Assembly (NCBI GenBank): GCA_013265495.1
Contig: MU061579.1
Coordinates: 5,145,146 to 5,209,145 of the forward strand
Direction of reading: 5' to 3'
DNA length: 64,000 bases
Source of the DNA: Vicugna vicugna
Lineage: Eukaryota
A program made the position numbers and the translations under genes. Of the stretch, positions 1 through 12,281 are shown piece after piece. The notes under the pieces are model-generated. The model had not been told where the DNA came from, searched no databases, and saw only the letters and a program-made list of their open reading frames with translations. Position 1 is the stretch's first letter. Each line of letters opens with the position of its first letter.

Positions 1-160
1 TCTTTAGTCTTCTAGAATATGAAAAAAGATATGTTTAGATCCACTTTTTTTTCTTTTTTTGTATTTATTTTGCTTGGAGTTCTCTGTTTCCTTAATCTAT
101 AGTCTTGTCATTCATTTTAGAAAATTATCAGCCATTATTACTTCAATTGTTTATCTTCTT
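1..160 (-). mobile_element. Old L1 (L1M-type) 5'/ORF1-upstream fragment
   Basis: gtatttattttgcttggagttctctg...aaaattatcagccattattacttcaa resembles antisense L1M 5' region consensus. Confidence 0.55.
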
Positions 161-1544
161 ACTTCCAGGATCTTTATATGCCAGAGGAAAAACTGGTGGT
201 CTAAACTAGACACATGGGACTCTTGTAAATCACAGTAAGCTCATGTTTAAGTCCTAAACGATTTGTCTTTTCTTCATTACACTATATCAATAGATGTTAA
301 TTCTTTAGATTGAACCTTAAGCTTCCTTAGCTACTAAGATAATGGTAGTATTTAAAAGTTCTGTTCAGTGCATCAAGTACTAATTTTATGTTGAAATAAA
401 ACAGGACTATCTAACCCTAACTCAGTCACAAATTTAAATTCAGTATTTCTTAAAAAAGAAGGAAAGGGAAATGTGTTTTGTTTGAAGGCCTTATCTTAGT
501 GTATAAATATTCATTATGTTTATTTCAAATAAATTGATGAAATTGTTACAAGAAATTTTTAGAAACAGTTTTTTTTTATGTCTGACTGCATAACATTGAT
601 GTCATATTTCTTCTTATATAATCAACAGCTGCAGAATAGATTAAATTCAGTGAGTTACACTTACTTCATATAATACTTTCATTGAAGGTAAATCAGAAAA
701 ACAGTCTGCAAAAACAATTTAAATAGACAATCTTGTTTCCTCTTTGTTTTTCAGCTGATGGCTGTATCATTAGCATATCAAACCAAATTAAAATTGGAAC
801 TGGTTTATATACTCATTTTTCTTTATGCTTTTGATTTGAGGAGCTCTGTTACTAATTTTCTGATTAGTGACTCTAACTTAAAGAATCAACGAGTGCCGTT
901 AGAAGTGCTGTTGTATGATTTGTTCATTATTCATAGATGGCCAGGTCCATTTTTTTCCCTTCTCCCTCTCCTCTAAGGGAAAGGAAAACAACCATTCTCT
1001 CTTTTTGAATTTATTTTTTCCAACACTTATGCAGATGTGGATATTCAAGGCAAATGTATGCTCAGACAATCAAAGCAATTTTATCTATTGTCAAGCTACT
1101 TTTGCTTCTGGATAATATACAAAATAGACATGAGACTGTTGCTCTTCAGATACAAAATATTTGCATTTAAAATGACCATATGTCAAGCACATATATTACA
1201 GGAGAAATAATCAAGAACTGAATTAAAATAATTACTTAAAAGGAAAATCAAGATGCTTCCAGTTTTGAAATTTCTTTTGCTTAGACATCTGCTGTCTATT
1301 GTACCATGCTCAAATGCACAGAACTGGTATAATACTGTCATTATTCTTAATGCAGCATCCCTTCACCTGGATACCTGTTTTCCAAAGATTACAGAGATCT
1401 AAAACTGAATTTAGTTCACTTAAATGCACATTTTCTATCAGTTGATTTAAAAAGATACTGATTTGTATTCGTCCATTATCATGAAAAGTACAAAGGTTTA
1501 AATTTTTTTTAAAAATCAGAATTTTTACAGAATTCATTCTTACA

Positions 1545-1632
1545 GTGTTTGGAAAGATACAAGAAATCTCTGTATATCCCACTCAATTTTTCTGTGAGCC
1601 TAAACCTTCTTTCAACAATAAAAAGTCAATTT
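1545..1632 (+). mobile_element. L1MC-type 3' terminal fragment
   Basis: gaaatctctgtatatcccactcaatttttctgtgagcctaaacc...aataaaaagtc resembles the L1MC 3' end. Confidence 0.55.
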
Positions 1633-1801
1633 AAAAATTAATTATCTGATTCCTAACATAGTTACTTAATACTTATGCCAGAGTAATATTTGGAAAACAC
1701 TAATATATATTTTAAGTGCCATATGTAAACTGTAATTGTATGTAAACTGCACTGGTAAACTAGTACAAATCCTCAAAGATAAAAAGTTCAAACTTACAAA
1801 C

Positions 1802-2595
1802 CTTTTTTTTTTAAGTGAAGTATAGTCAGTTTACAATGTGTTAATTTCTGGTGTATAGCATTGCGATTCACTTATACATATATATTCCTTTTCATATTCT
1901 AGTTTTTATAGGCTATTATAAGGTATTGAATATAGTTCCCTGTGCTATACAGTAGGGCCCTGTCATTTATCTATTTTATATATATTAGTATCAGTATCTG
2001 CAAATCCTGAACTCCCAATTTATCTCTCCACCCCTCGCCCATTTTATGTCTGGTAACCATAAGTTTGTTTTCTGTCTGTGAGCCTCTTTCTGTTTTGTAA
2101 ATAAGTTCATGCGTGCCCTTTTTTTAGATTCCACATATAAGTGATAACACATGGTATTTTTCTTTCTCTCTCTGGCTTACCTCACTTAGAATGATATTCT
2201 CCAGGTCCATCCATGTTGCTTCAAATGGTATTGTTTTATTCATTTTTATGGCTGAGTAGTATTCCATTGTATAAATATATCACAACTTCTTTATCCCATC
2301 ATCTGATGATGGACGATTAGGTTGCTTCCTTGTCTTGGATATTTTAAATAATACTGCTATGAACATTGGGGTGCATATATTTTTTCAAATTATAGTTTCC
2401 TCCAGATATATGCCTAGGAGTGGGGTTGCTGCATCCTATGGTAAGTCTATTTTTAGTTTTTTAAGGAATCTCCATACTATTTTCCATGATGGCTGCATGA
2501 AACTACCTTTCCACCATCAATGTAGTAATGATGGCCATTCTGACGGGTGTGCAGTGATACCTCATTGTAGTTTTGATTTGCAGTTCTCTGATAAC
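1802..2595 (-). mobile_element. 5'-truncated artiodactyl/camelid-type L1 (ORF2 end + 3' UTR)
   Basis: Poly-T start; typical antisense L1 3' motifs (tttagattccacatataagtga, ccatccatgttgct, atgaacattggggtgcat); TSD tcaaactta(c/t)aaac at 1788-1801 and 2596-2609. Confidence 0.9.
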
Positions 2596-4079
2596 TCAAA
2601 CTTATAAACTTATACTTTATCATAAATTTGGAAATATAAAAGGCTTATTTCAGATATAATTTTGTGTTTTAATTTTATTCAAACAACTTTAAAACATAAT
2701 TTTAACTTCTGTAAAGTGTTATTTTAATTTATAAAAAATTATATTGTGTTTAGCGTTTTAGGCTCTACAATTTTTTTTGTGCATGCATGAAACCTCATGA
2801 GATTTTTAAATGCAAACAAGCTGAAAAGGTACACTTCATTCAATACTACTTTATAGAATTGTATATTACCTTTGGTAATTACCATTCTCTTAGATTAAAT
2901 AAATTCGAGTGTGCATAAGGGCTTTTATCACCACAAACTTGATAAGAAACAAACACTCTTTCACAGTCTTGGAGTTCAAAATACACATCTTATCTGCACA
3001 AGACAAAATTTTAAATTCCAGTGAATTCTGGTTATAAACACGCACTTTCTAAAAGTTTGTTGAGTTGAAATACATAAGTTAATTATTATAAACATGAAAA
3101 AAAGAATATAGGTTTCCCTCTAAATCTGTGTTACCCAAGTTCCAAAGATATTTATCATAACATGATTTTAGTTTAGCTCTAGCTAAATGTGCAATATCCT
3201 TGCACGTTGCCAATATGTAGGTAAATACGGGGTTGTGTTCAGTGTACACTCTGAATTTCAAAATATCTTCCTCAAATTCACATGCAGACCTTGTGGTCCT
3301 CCTCAAAGTTCTACAATACTATTTCTGGAATTCAAAAATGCATTGTAGGATGGGCCAATAGTTAGATTAAAAATGTAAGGATTTGCAAAGCAGTGATACC
3401 AAATATTTAATTTGAAAGAATCTTGATATTTGATATTTCAAAAATAGCATTGATGTCTTCATAAAATATCAGAACTATAATGCTTCATAACACATTGTTT
3501 TGTGTTAATGTTATTTTTATTTTGGAAAAAAATGGAGGTTAAGGCATTTACTTTAGTATGTAGGGTCTTTGCAGATGGTCTCACTCTAGTCTGGTTTAAA
3601 GAAGGTTTCCTGTATTACCATGAGCAAGAAACAAACAGAAATTAACACAAACAGTCCCCAAAACATACTTCTGACCTGCGTTTAGAGTTTCTTTCAGCAT
3701 TCTTCCAGCAATTCTACCTAGTGTGATAGTATGACTTAGTAGGGTTAGATCTGAAAATGATGGAAGTTTCTCTCATGTGACTTTTAAGTTTTTCCTCTCA
3801 ACAAAATAAATACCAAGTAATCTCATAATAAACAGATAATAGCAATGGACAAAAGTTATCCTATACAACTTGATATCTTCATCAAGTTTCACTGTTGAGT
3901 TCTTCCAAACCTTTAAGTAGCAGATAGTCTATCATTAGAATATGGTGGAAGGCAGAAGAAAAGATGGAAAACTGTGAATTTTTTAAAATCAAGTTAATCT
4001 ACACTATGTCGACTGTTTCTTCCAATACAAAGAAAAACAATCTCATTTACAAATTCACATATATATTAATAACAGAGTA

Positions 4080-4260
4080 GCAAAAAGAAGTCAGCAGTAT
4101 ACTCAAAGAATAATTCATTTACAGTAAGGTTTATCTTAAGAATGTCATAATGATTTAACATTAGCAATTCTACTAATATAATGCATTACATTAATCAATG
4201 GATAAGTAATTTTTTATAACTTCAGGAAAATTCTTAAAATTGATCAAATAATATCCAGCA
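4080..4260 (+). mobile_element. Highly decayed L1 ORF2 fragment (host of the younger L1 at 4262)
   Basis: caaagaataattcat...ggtttatcttaagaatg...gatttaacattagcaattc...cattacattaat resembles the L1 RT-region consensus. Confidence 0.5.
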
Positions 4261-4261
4261 A

Positions 4262-5150
4262 TTTCTTTTCTCTTCTTTTTTTTCTTTTCTTATTGAGGTA
4301 TAATTAATGTTCAATATTATATAAGTTACAGGTGTACAATACGATTCACAATTTTTAAAGGCTATACGCTATAGTTATTATAAAATGTTGGCTCTATTCC
4401 CTGTACTGTACAATACATCTTTGTAGCTTATTTTATACATAATACTTTGTACCTCTTAATCTCTCACCCTTATATCCCTTTCCCTTTCCCTCTCCCCACT
4501 GGTAACCACTAGATTGTTCTCTGTATCTATTTCTTTTTTGTCATATTCACTAGTTTATTGTATCTTTTTAGATTCCACATATGAATGACACCATACAGTA
4601 ATTGTCTTTCTCTGACTTATTTCACTTAGCATAATGTCTTCCAAGTTCATCCATGTTCCTGCAAATGGCAAAATTTTGTTCTTTCTATGGCTGAATGGTA
4701 TTCCATTGTATATATACCACATCTTTATCCATTCATCTGTTGATGAACACTTAGTTTGCTTGATATCTTGGCAATTGTAAATAATGCTGCTATGAACATA
4801 GGGGTGTATGTATCTTTTCAAATGACCATTTTCTTTCTTTTTCTTTTCTTTTCTTTTTTTTTGGAGGGGGGGTTATATACTCAGGAGTGGAATTACTGGG
4901 TCAGATGGTAGCTCTATTTTTAGTTTTTTGAGAAATTTCCATACTGTTTTCCACAGTGGCTATACCAATTTACATTCCCAATTTACATTATGAGGGTTTC
5001 CTTTTCTCCACACCCTTGCCAATATTCGTTATTTGTTTTTTTGATGTTGAGTTATATGAGCTGTTTATATATGTTGGATATTAACCCTTTATCAGTCATG
5101 TCACTTGCAAATATTTTCTCCCTTTCAGTAGGTTGTCTTTTCATTTTTAA
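4262..5150 (-). mobile_element. 5'-truncated artiodactyl-type L1 3' end
   Basis: T-rich tail; ORF 4555-4821 translates to decayed L1 ORF2 C-terminus-like text (KCSSTDEWIKMWYI...LPFAGTWMNLEDIMLSEISQ). Confidence 0.9.
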
Positions 5151-5759
5151 GTCAATGATTTTTATGATATATATCTCTTATAAAGCTCTCTTTTTACTTA
5201 GCACTACAGAGAGTTATTTTTTATTTTTGTATAGTCTACCATGTTTTGTATTGCACAGCCCCACTCATTGGACTGGGATTTGATACCTGATCCAAATATA
5301 GCCATCAACAGACAGACAGTGACATATGATGTGGTCTAGTATGGGATTCAAGCCTAGACCAGATTTCTATTCTAGATGGTAATGCATAAATCAAATCAAA
5401 CTGTCTGTTTTTAAGATTACAAATGTAAGAAATACAAGTGAAAAAGGAAATAATTTTGTAAAAAGATGAAAGGCACACAGAATGCAACATGCAGAAGCTA
5501 TGTCCCTGTTGAAAATATGACTGTTGATAAGGCACACTGCAGAGGAGATTTCAGCAGTGGGAATGGCAAAAACAGAAAGAATAAATGAGGTAAGTTAAGC
5601 CCTGGGTTTGACAGGATCACTGGACTAAGGAAAAACACAAGTAAAATTAATCTTAAGATTCCAGGACTGCTGTCAGTCTCTTAAACCTTACCTTATATTA
5701 TGAAACACATTGTAATTTTTTAGCATTTGTGTTAAAAGCTGCTAAAACTATTTACTATA

Positions 5760-5962
5760 TTCCATTCTTTTACTGATTCTAAAAAAATTAACCGAGTGAC
5801 TTATTCTTTGCCAGGCACAATCGCAGGCATTGGGGATGGGGTGTTAAACACACATTTCAGGAAGCCTGCATGCCAGTGGGGGAGACAGAAAGTAAAGAAG
5901 TGAATGTATAGACAAGTATCATAACATAGCACATGATAAATGCTATGAAGAAAATATGGCAG
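5760..5962 (-). mobile_element. L2 3' fragment
   Basis: tgccaggcac...ggcattggggat...cagtgggggagacag...gataaatgctatgaagaaaa. Confidence 0.65.
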
Positions 5963-5963
5963 A

Positions 5964-6396
5964 TGTAGTAAGGCAAAATTGCGAGCTTAAAAAAAAATCC
6001 CTACTCATCTCCTTCACAGTATAAGACCTTTACCCTAGTCATTGTCAGAAATATCTCTACTTGGCGTTAAAAATACAGTTTACTATGGAAGGATTATAAA
6101 GGAAAATAAAGAGATAATATTCAGTTTCCAACACATTAAACAGAATTTTTCAGGGAACCTATAACCTCACCTAGATAGATCTTGAAGGAAGATATTTGAA
6201 ATTGCTTTATCGGTTCTTTCCTCACCTACAAACTTCTGTTAAAGTGCCAGGAGCTGAAGCCTGGAAATGATCTCCTAGGATCCTCTTGTTGCCTAGACAC
6301 CAAACCTTCTCCTGGGGATGAGGAAACCATGATTTCTGCCCCTTATGAGCAGAATAAGTGCTAGATGGATGGCAATTAAATAACAATAATGGTATT

Positions 6397-6428
<32 letters not shown>

Positions 6429-7230
6429 AGGAAACCTCTGGAGAGCCTGAGAGTGGAGGAAATCAGGGAAAGGGAGAGAGAGGAAGGATTGTAAATTGGA
6501 CCCTTCTGGCCCACTTTTATTCTCCTCTTTGGGCTTCAGCTCAGGAGACTGAAGAAGTGAAGAGTTAAATTTAAACCTCTCATACACCCACCTGCCAATT
6601 AAAATTCAGGAAAGACAGTTGCTCTCTAGCTTCCGCAGTGCATGCCCTTAGTGTAGATATAAATCAACCCAAGGACACAATGGGGTCAGATAAAGTTGAC
6701 CCCAAGTTTGTCCCACTCTCCAGTGGGTGGGCATAGAGTTGAGAGCCAGTGAATGTATCACGGGTCTCACTGCAGCAGGATGAGGCAGGTGTACCACCTT
6801 GAGAGGCAGGGTATGGAAAAGACTGGAACTTCTCAGCCATAGGAGCCAGGGCGAAGCTGGGACAGTCAGGAAGATTAATGGGCTAACCAAATTGAGGGAC
6901 AGTTTCAGACCTCAGCCATAGATGCCTGTCCAGCAAGTGGTGAAAGGATGGACAGAAAGATTGGGAGAAGCAGAGAAAATCCAGCCAATGGACCTGCTCT
7001 TCCCATGTGCAGGTCTATGTGAGGCAGTGGCCTTCCCCAAGATACAGGGGCACCAGCTCAGATAAAGGAGCTAAGGAAAGCAAATCTCATTTAGAAAAAT
7101 GAAGCTTGGTGTCTTAGAGACTCTCAGTGCTAATAAAAAGACAACTCAAATGTATTGGTTCAAGGATTATTTTAATTCTTGAAATGAACACAGTATTTCT
7201 TTCATTTAGGAAAAGTATAAATGTCTTATA
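5964..7230. mobile_element. Possible ancient LTR-like element (family unassigned)
   Basis: Begins at TG exactly where the L2 fragment stops; more GC- and purine-rich than the flanks for ~1.25 kb; no diagnostic motif confirmed. Confidence 0.25.
6397..6429. repeat. (AAC)n microsatellite
   Basis: About 10 tandem aac units. Confidence 0.95.
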
Positions 7231-7454
7231 ACTAATAATAATGTGGCTTGTTAGAGAGTAATTTTAAAGATTTTTTTATGGTGAATACTTCAATTTAGCA
7301 GTTTTCTTCTGCATGCTTTTCTAGCTTTTTTTTCTCCTAAGAGGTTCAAATGCAAAATAAGAACTTAAGGCTTACTCTCTTTTCTATTATCCAATTTAAA
7401 TTTATTTTAAGACTATTATTATTTTACACTTCTTTGTTTATGACCATATTTATT

Positions 7455-7715
7455 CATAGTTATTTATTCAAGAAATATTTATTAACATTTTTGCACAGCA
7501 CCATGCTAGACTGAATGTAGGCAGTCATGAATAAACCGCGGTGCCTCCTCTCACAAAGCTTATATTCTTTATATGAGTTAGACTGTGCAAATAATTGATT
7601 GTGCAATTAATTATTAAAATACAGCAGTAATAAGAACAATAGTTAACATTTATTAAATGCTGGCAAGACTTCTTATGCACTCAGCTAAGCATTTATATAC
7701 GTTATATTTTTAATT
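7455..7715 (-). mobile_element. L2 3' end followed by a MIR fragment
   Basis: ttatttattcaagaaatatttatt...tgcctcctctcacaaagcttatattct, then aatagttaacatttattaaatgc...ctaagcattt. Confidence 0.6.
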
Positions 7716-8061
7716 GTTATTAAAGCTGATTAAGAAGCCAAGCCAGCCCTGCAGGAAGTTCCATGAAGAAATGAAAGATTCCATAAAACACTGCTGAACT
7801 AAACTGATAAAATACAATGTGCCTCGTTTTCTCTGACAGTCAAACCTCAGGAACGCTGAGAATCAGAAGTAGTGGTGAGGCATCTGTGCAGGAAAATGAC
7901 CAAAAACTTCTTTTTACCCACTTATCTCTTTTGAAGACCTTTGTAGGGGGGATATGTAGACGCATTACCTTAAAGTTTCAGGTCAGCAATTTTTCAAGAT
8001 GAGATAGTGTAGTAATCTGTAAGAATTTATCATTGGACTTTTCCCTTTATAAAAGTCAGAA

Positions 8062-8750
8062 TTTTTTGAAGTGTAATTTACACACATTAAAATGTACCCC
8101 ATTTAGCTGCATATTTTTCAGGTAACTATTTGTATATATATTCAATACACACACACACACATGTTTGATGTAGAGACACACACAAACACACACATGAAAG
8201 TTCCCTTGCTCATCTTTGCTGTCAGTCCCCTTCCCTCCACCTCTATTCCCCTGAATGACTAAGCGCTTCCTGTGCTTTCAGTTGTGCCTTTTCCACAAGA
8301 GCATTTAAATGGGACTATGCAGGTTACCGCCCTTTTGGTCTGACTTATTTCACGTAGCGTTTTGTTTCTGAGACACCTCCATGTTGTTGCATGTAATCAT
8401 TGTTTTTTCTTATTCTATTGTACAGATGTATTATAATTTGTTTACCCATTCACCAGTTGACGGACATTTGAGTTTTATCCTATATTTAATGGTGATGAAT
8501 AAAGCTGTTATAAACACCCACATGAGTCTTTGCAATGTACGTATATGTTTTTATTTCTCTTGGGTAAATAACTTGAATTGAAACTATTAAATGATAAGGT
8601 AAGTGAATATTTAATTTTATAATTGGCTATATCATTTTGAATTCCTATTAGCAATATATGAAATTTACAATTGCTTTAATGCTCATCAATTGGTAGTGTA
8701 ATTTTTTAAAGAAATTCTAACAGGTGTGTGTTATTCATTTTGATGATGTT
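8062..8750 (-). mobile_element. Old L1 (L1ME-type) 3' fragment
   Basis: ttgaagtgtaatttacac...ccatgttgttgcatgta...tttacccattcaccagttgacggacatttgag...tgaataaagctgttataaaca. Confidence 0.8.
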
Positions 8751-9629
8751 TAAAAAATTATATTTCATCTAACAAATCTTACTGGCAAATTTCTATAATT
8801 ATAACTATATATAATTAGGATTCAAACAGGTGCTTTCAAAGCTTTTTTAATGTTTCCATTAATATAAACTCAGTATTATCTTAAATTTAAGAAACAGTGG
8901 AATAAATGCACGTCAGAAATATTAAGTGAACTATCTAAATTCATGCTCCTTAATATGCCCTGTGAAAAGTTATTGAATTTGGAAAAGTCACAAAAGAAAA
9001 GATTACCAAAGAAATAACAAGAGGTTATGATCAACATTTTGCCACTTTCCATATTCCTAACTTTGTTTCAACACATAGAAGTGTTTCAGTAAGTAAATCT
9101 ATGTCTATATGATTCTTTATCAAATAAAACATTTCCCCTGCTATATATACAAAATAAAAATATGTGATCATACCAGCTTGAAGAAATGTCAAAGTTCTCA
9201 TAGAAACGAAAGCCAGGGTACCCCATGATCTTTCAGTTCCCAACCTTTGCCACCCTATTTTTGATTAGTGCAGCTAAAGTGAAATGCATATGGTTACTGA
9301 AAGAAACCTCGTCTATGGACAGGGGAGGGTTTAGGAGGTCATCTCTGAGTAAATGCAGTGGAATTAAATAAATCTCCAAGAAGAGAGAACAATATGTGTT
9401 ATTTTAATAAGACAAAACAACACTAAAAACTTTGTAATAGTTAATATTTCTCCTCATTTCCCCTTTCATAAGCTATCTAAACAAATTTGTGGACTAATGT
9501 TAGAATAATTTACGTGCTATGATTAAAATACTATCAAATAATTTACCATTATCTTATTTGGCAATATATGATATATCACAGATGCCCACACACTATGCTT
9601 CCTTATCAGGAAACCCACTTTAATGGCCT

Positions 9630-9776
9630 TTAAAATGCCTAGGAACCACCTGAGATCTTGTTAGAATGAAGACTCTGATTCAGTATGCCCAGGTAGGGTC
9701 TGAGAGTCTACATCGCTACCCAGCTCTTAGGTGGTATCAAAGCTGCTGTCCGTGAATCACGCTTTGAGCAGCAATT
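9630..9776. mobile_element. MER5-type hAT-Charlie DNA transposon fragment
   Basis: aaccacctgagatcttgttagaatg...ctgattcagta...gctgctgtccgtgaatcacgctttgagcagcaa. Confidence 0.75.
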
Positions 9777-9809
9777 CCTATCAACATAGAAGCATGATGT
9801 TATTCCTTC

Positions 9810-11198
9810 TATTGTAATCAGGATTTCACACTCCAAAATCCACCTAAACTGTTTTTGCAAATTCAGCAGTGGCTTTCATGTCTTCAATCCAATCTTCAAT
9901 TCTCTCTCCTCACTCCACTCTTTCTTTCATATGTATTTGATTTTTCCTAGAAATCCTTTTGTCACTTGGCTTCAAGCAGTCTCCTGGTTTTATTTTTTAC
10001 TTCACTGACTCCTCCTCAGATTTCCTTACTTACTCCTATTTAGTAACCAAATTAATAACGTCTCCAGAGTGCAATCCTTGGCACTCTTCTTTATTCACAC
10101 TTACTTACCCAGTTTCATTGATTTAAGTATCATCTATTTCACAAATGTGTATCTTCTGACAATACTCATGACTTGAATGTCTTATAGCATCCTAAACGCT
10201 TCCACTTCTAGCAGAAAACTAAAAAGTAACATGTTCAAAAATATACATAGTGATCACCGATTTGTATTTCTCTGTTTCTGCACTGCACAGATTCTCTAGT
10301 AAGTGACAACTGCATGTTTCCATTTGTTCATTCTGAAACACCAAGAAGAGAAGTCATCCTGGAATTCCTCCAGTTTTGCTTTTTTTTTTTTTAATTTCCT
10401 TTAATGTATCAACACATTTGGACAGTTCTACTTTTACCAAATATCTAGAATCTGAATATTTGTTGCCACATGTGTAGTTAATATTTTGGAAATAGCTGCC
10501 ATTATTTATGTCATACATAGGAAAATACAAAAAAGCTAATTTTGTTCTCATTATTGGTAATTTAATTTCTTACGGTCTTTTTTTTTTTCCCAACACAGAA
10601 GTCCAGTATCCTTTAAACAAGTGATTTATGCTGTCACTTGCTTACTCAATGGCCTTCAAAAATTTGGCTCACCACATGATTTATAATTAAAACCAAAGTT
10701 TTCACTGTTGTCTGACAGGATGTACATGGTCCTACTCCTGTTACCCATTTAATCTCACTGCCTACTACTCTCCCTCAGCTCACTCTTTCCTGTCACATCA
10801 GTCACCCTGATGATCTTTAAACAGATCAGGTGCAATCCTGTCTCAGATCCTTAGCCTGGAGAGCCTTCTTACACATATGTGCATTATTTTCTCAGCCTTT
10901 TGCCTAAATGACACCCACTAAGTGAACATTTTCTTATTTCCGTATTTAAAATCACAACATACCCTCCTCTCACACATCCATATTCCATAATCTTTTCTGT
11001 TTTATTTTATTTTTGTAGTTCTTATCATATGACATACTACATGCTATTTTTTTCTTATTTTTTTAATTGACTGTCTCTTTCCCTCTAGAATGTAACCTCT
11101 ATGAGAGCAACACATTTTATCTGCTTTGTTTACATCTTTATCCCCAGAATGGCACAAAGTAGACATTCAATAAATAATTGCTCAGTAAATGAATAAAG
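9810..11198 (+). mobile_element. L2 (L2a-like) 3' portion, ~1.4 kb
   Basis: Pyrimidine-rich L2 body ending ctagaatgtaacctctatgagagc...tggcacaaagtagacattcaataaataattgctcagtaaatgaataa. Confidence 0.85.
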
Positions 11199-11439
11199 AC
11201 AGTAAGGGAAGATAACTGATGATCCCTTCAAGTTTAAGTGAAAGTATGCCACTGTAACATCAATTTGTAAAATATAGTCATTTACGGTAACAAAAATACA
11301 ATGATTCAGCAATTTTAAATAGAGAGAAATTAATATTAAAGTCATATGCAATGCTACAAAGAAATAGTAATTACTGAGGAACTGGGGCAGAATATGACTC
11401 ACTGTGTACATTAAATACTATTGTGGCCTAGAAACATGT

Positions 11440-11970
11440 AGGACTGAAAATCATATTTGACAGTAACACTTCCCTAGGAATCTATGCTCAAAGAATAACC
11501 ACATTCTGTGCATCAAAACGTGTGCAAAATGTGATTATTACAGCATAACGTGAAATAACCATCAGCTAGAAACAATTTAAACATGCCTAAAAAGAGGACG
11601 AGGAAAAATCTTTGTTATTTCCGTACTACGAATATCATGCCAGTCATTAAAAGAAAGAATAACACCTACATGTGCTGATGGGGAAAATCTATTAAGTAGC
11701 TACACAGAAAAGAAAAACTAAACTAAAACATTTGTAAAAGTATAGTGTAGTATAGATCCAATCTATTAAAATGAAGTGTTTGTGTAATATGTGTGTGTAC
11801 ATGTATATACATACATCTTTCAAAATGTTAGCTATGTTTATTTCTGAGAGAGTTAGAAATGTGATAGACAAGGGTCCTAAAATACTTAAAATTTTTATTC
11901 TTTATAATTATATATTTCATGAATCTTTTATAATAAGACTGCATTCATGTATTATTTTTACATTTTTTTA
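11440..11970 (+). mobile_element. Old L1 (L1ME-type) 3' fragment
   Basis: tttgacagtaacacttccctaggaatctatgc...ctagaaacaatttaaacatgcc... Confidence 0.65.
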
Positions 11971-12140
11971 AAAGAGCAGAAAATGTCAACCGAGGTTCAG
12001 TATGTCAGAAACATTTAAATTTCAATAAAATTAAAGAATAATGAATACATCCACAAAAAGCAGTAAGTTTCTAAGACTTGAAAAAAGAAGCTTTTTTTTT
12101 TTTTTTTCACATGAATGCTTAGAAAGTTTAAGAGTGTAAT

Positions 12141-12281
12141 GGGGAGGGGATAGCTCAGTGGTAGGGTGTGTGCCTAGCATGCACAAGGGCCTGGGTTCAA
12201 TCCGCAGTACCTCCAGCAAAAAAACAGAATAAATCTAATTACCTTCCCCCCACCAATAAAATAAAATAAAAATAAAATAAA
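12141..12281 (+). mobile_element. tRNA-derived SINE, Vic-1-like (camelid)
   Basis: ggggaggggatagctcagtggtag (A box)...ctgggttcaatcc (B box)...cagtacctcca, short body, (aaaat)n tail. Confidence 0.85.

Noticed and set aside
6222..6587. 121-aa ORF with a poly-Leu signal/TM-like stretch
   Set aside because: The poly-Leu comes from the (AAC)n microsatellite, and the start is non-ATG.
12141..12215. tRNA gene
   Set aside because: The tRNA-like head continues into a SINE body and A-rich tail, so it is a SINE rather than a tRNA.
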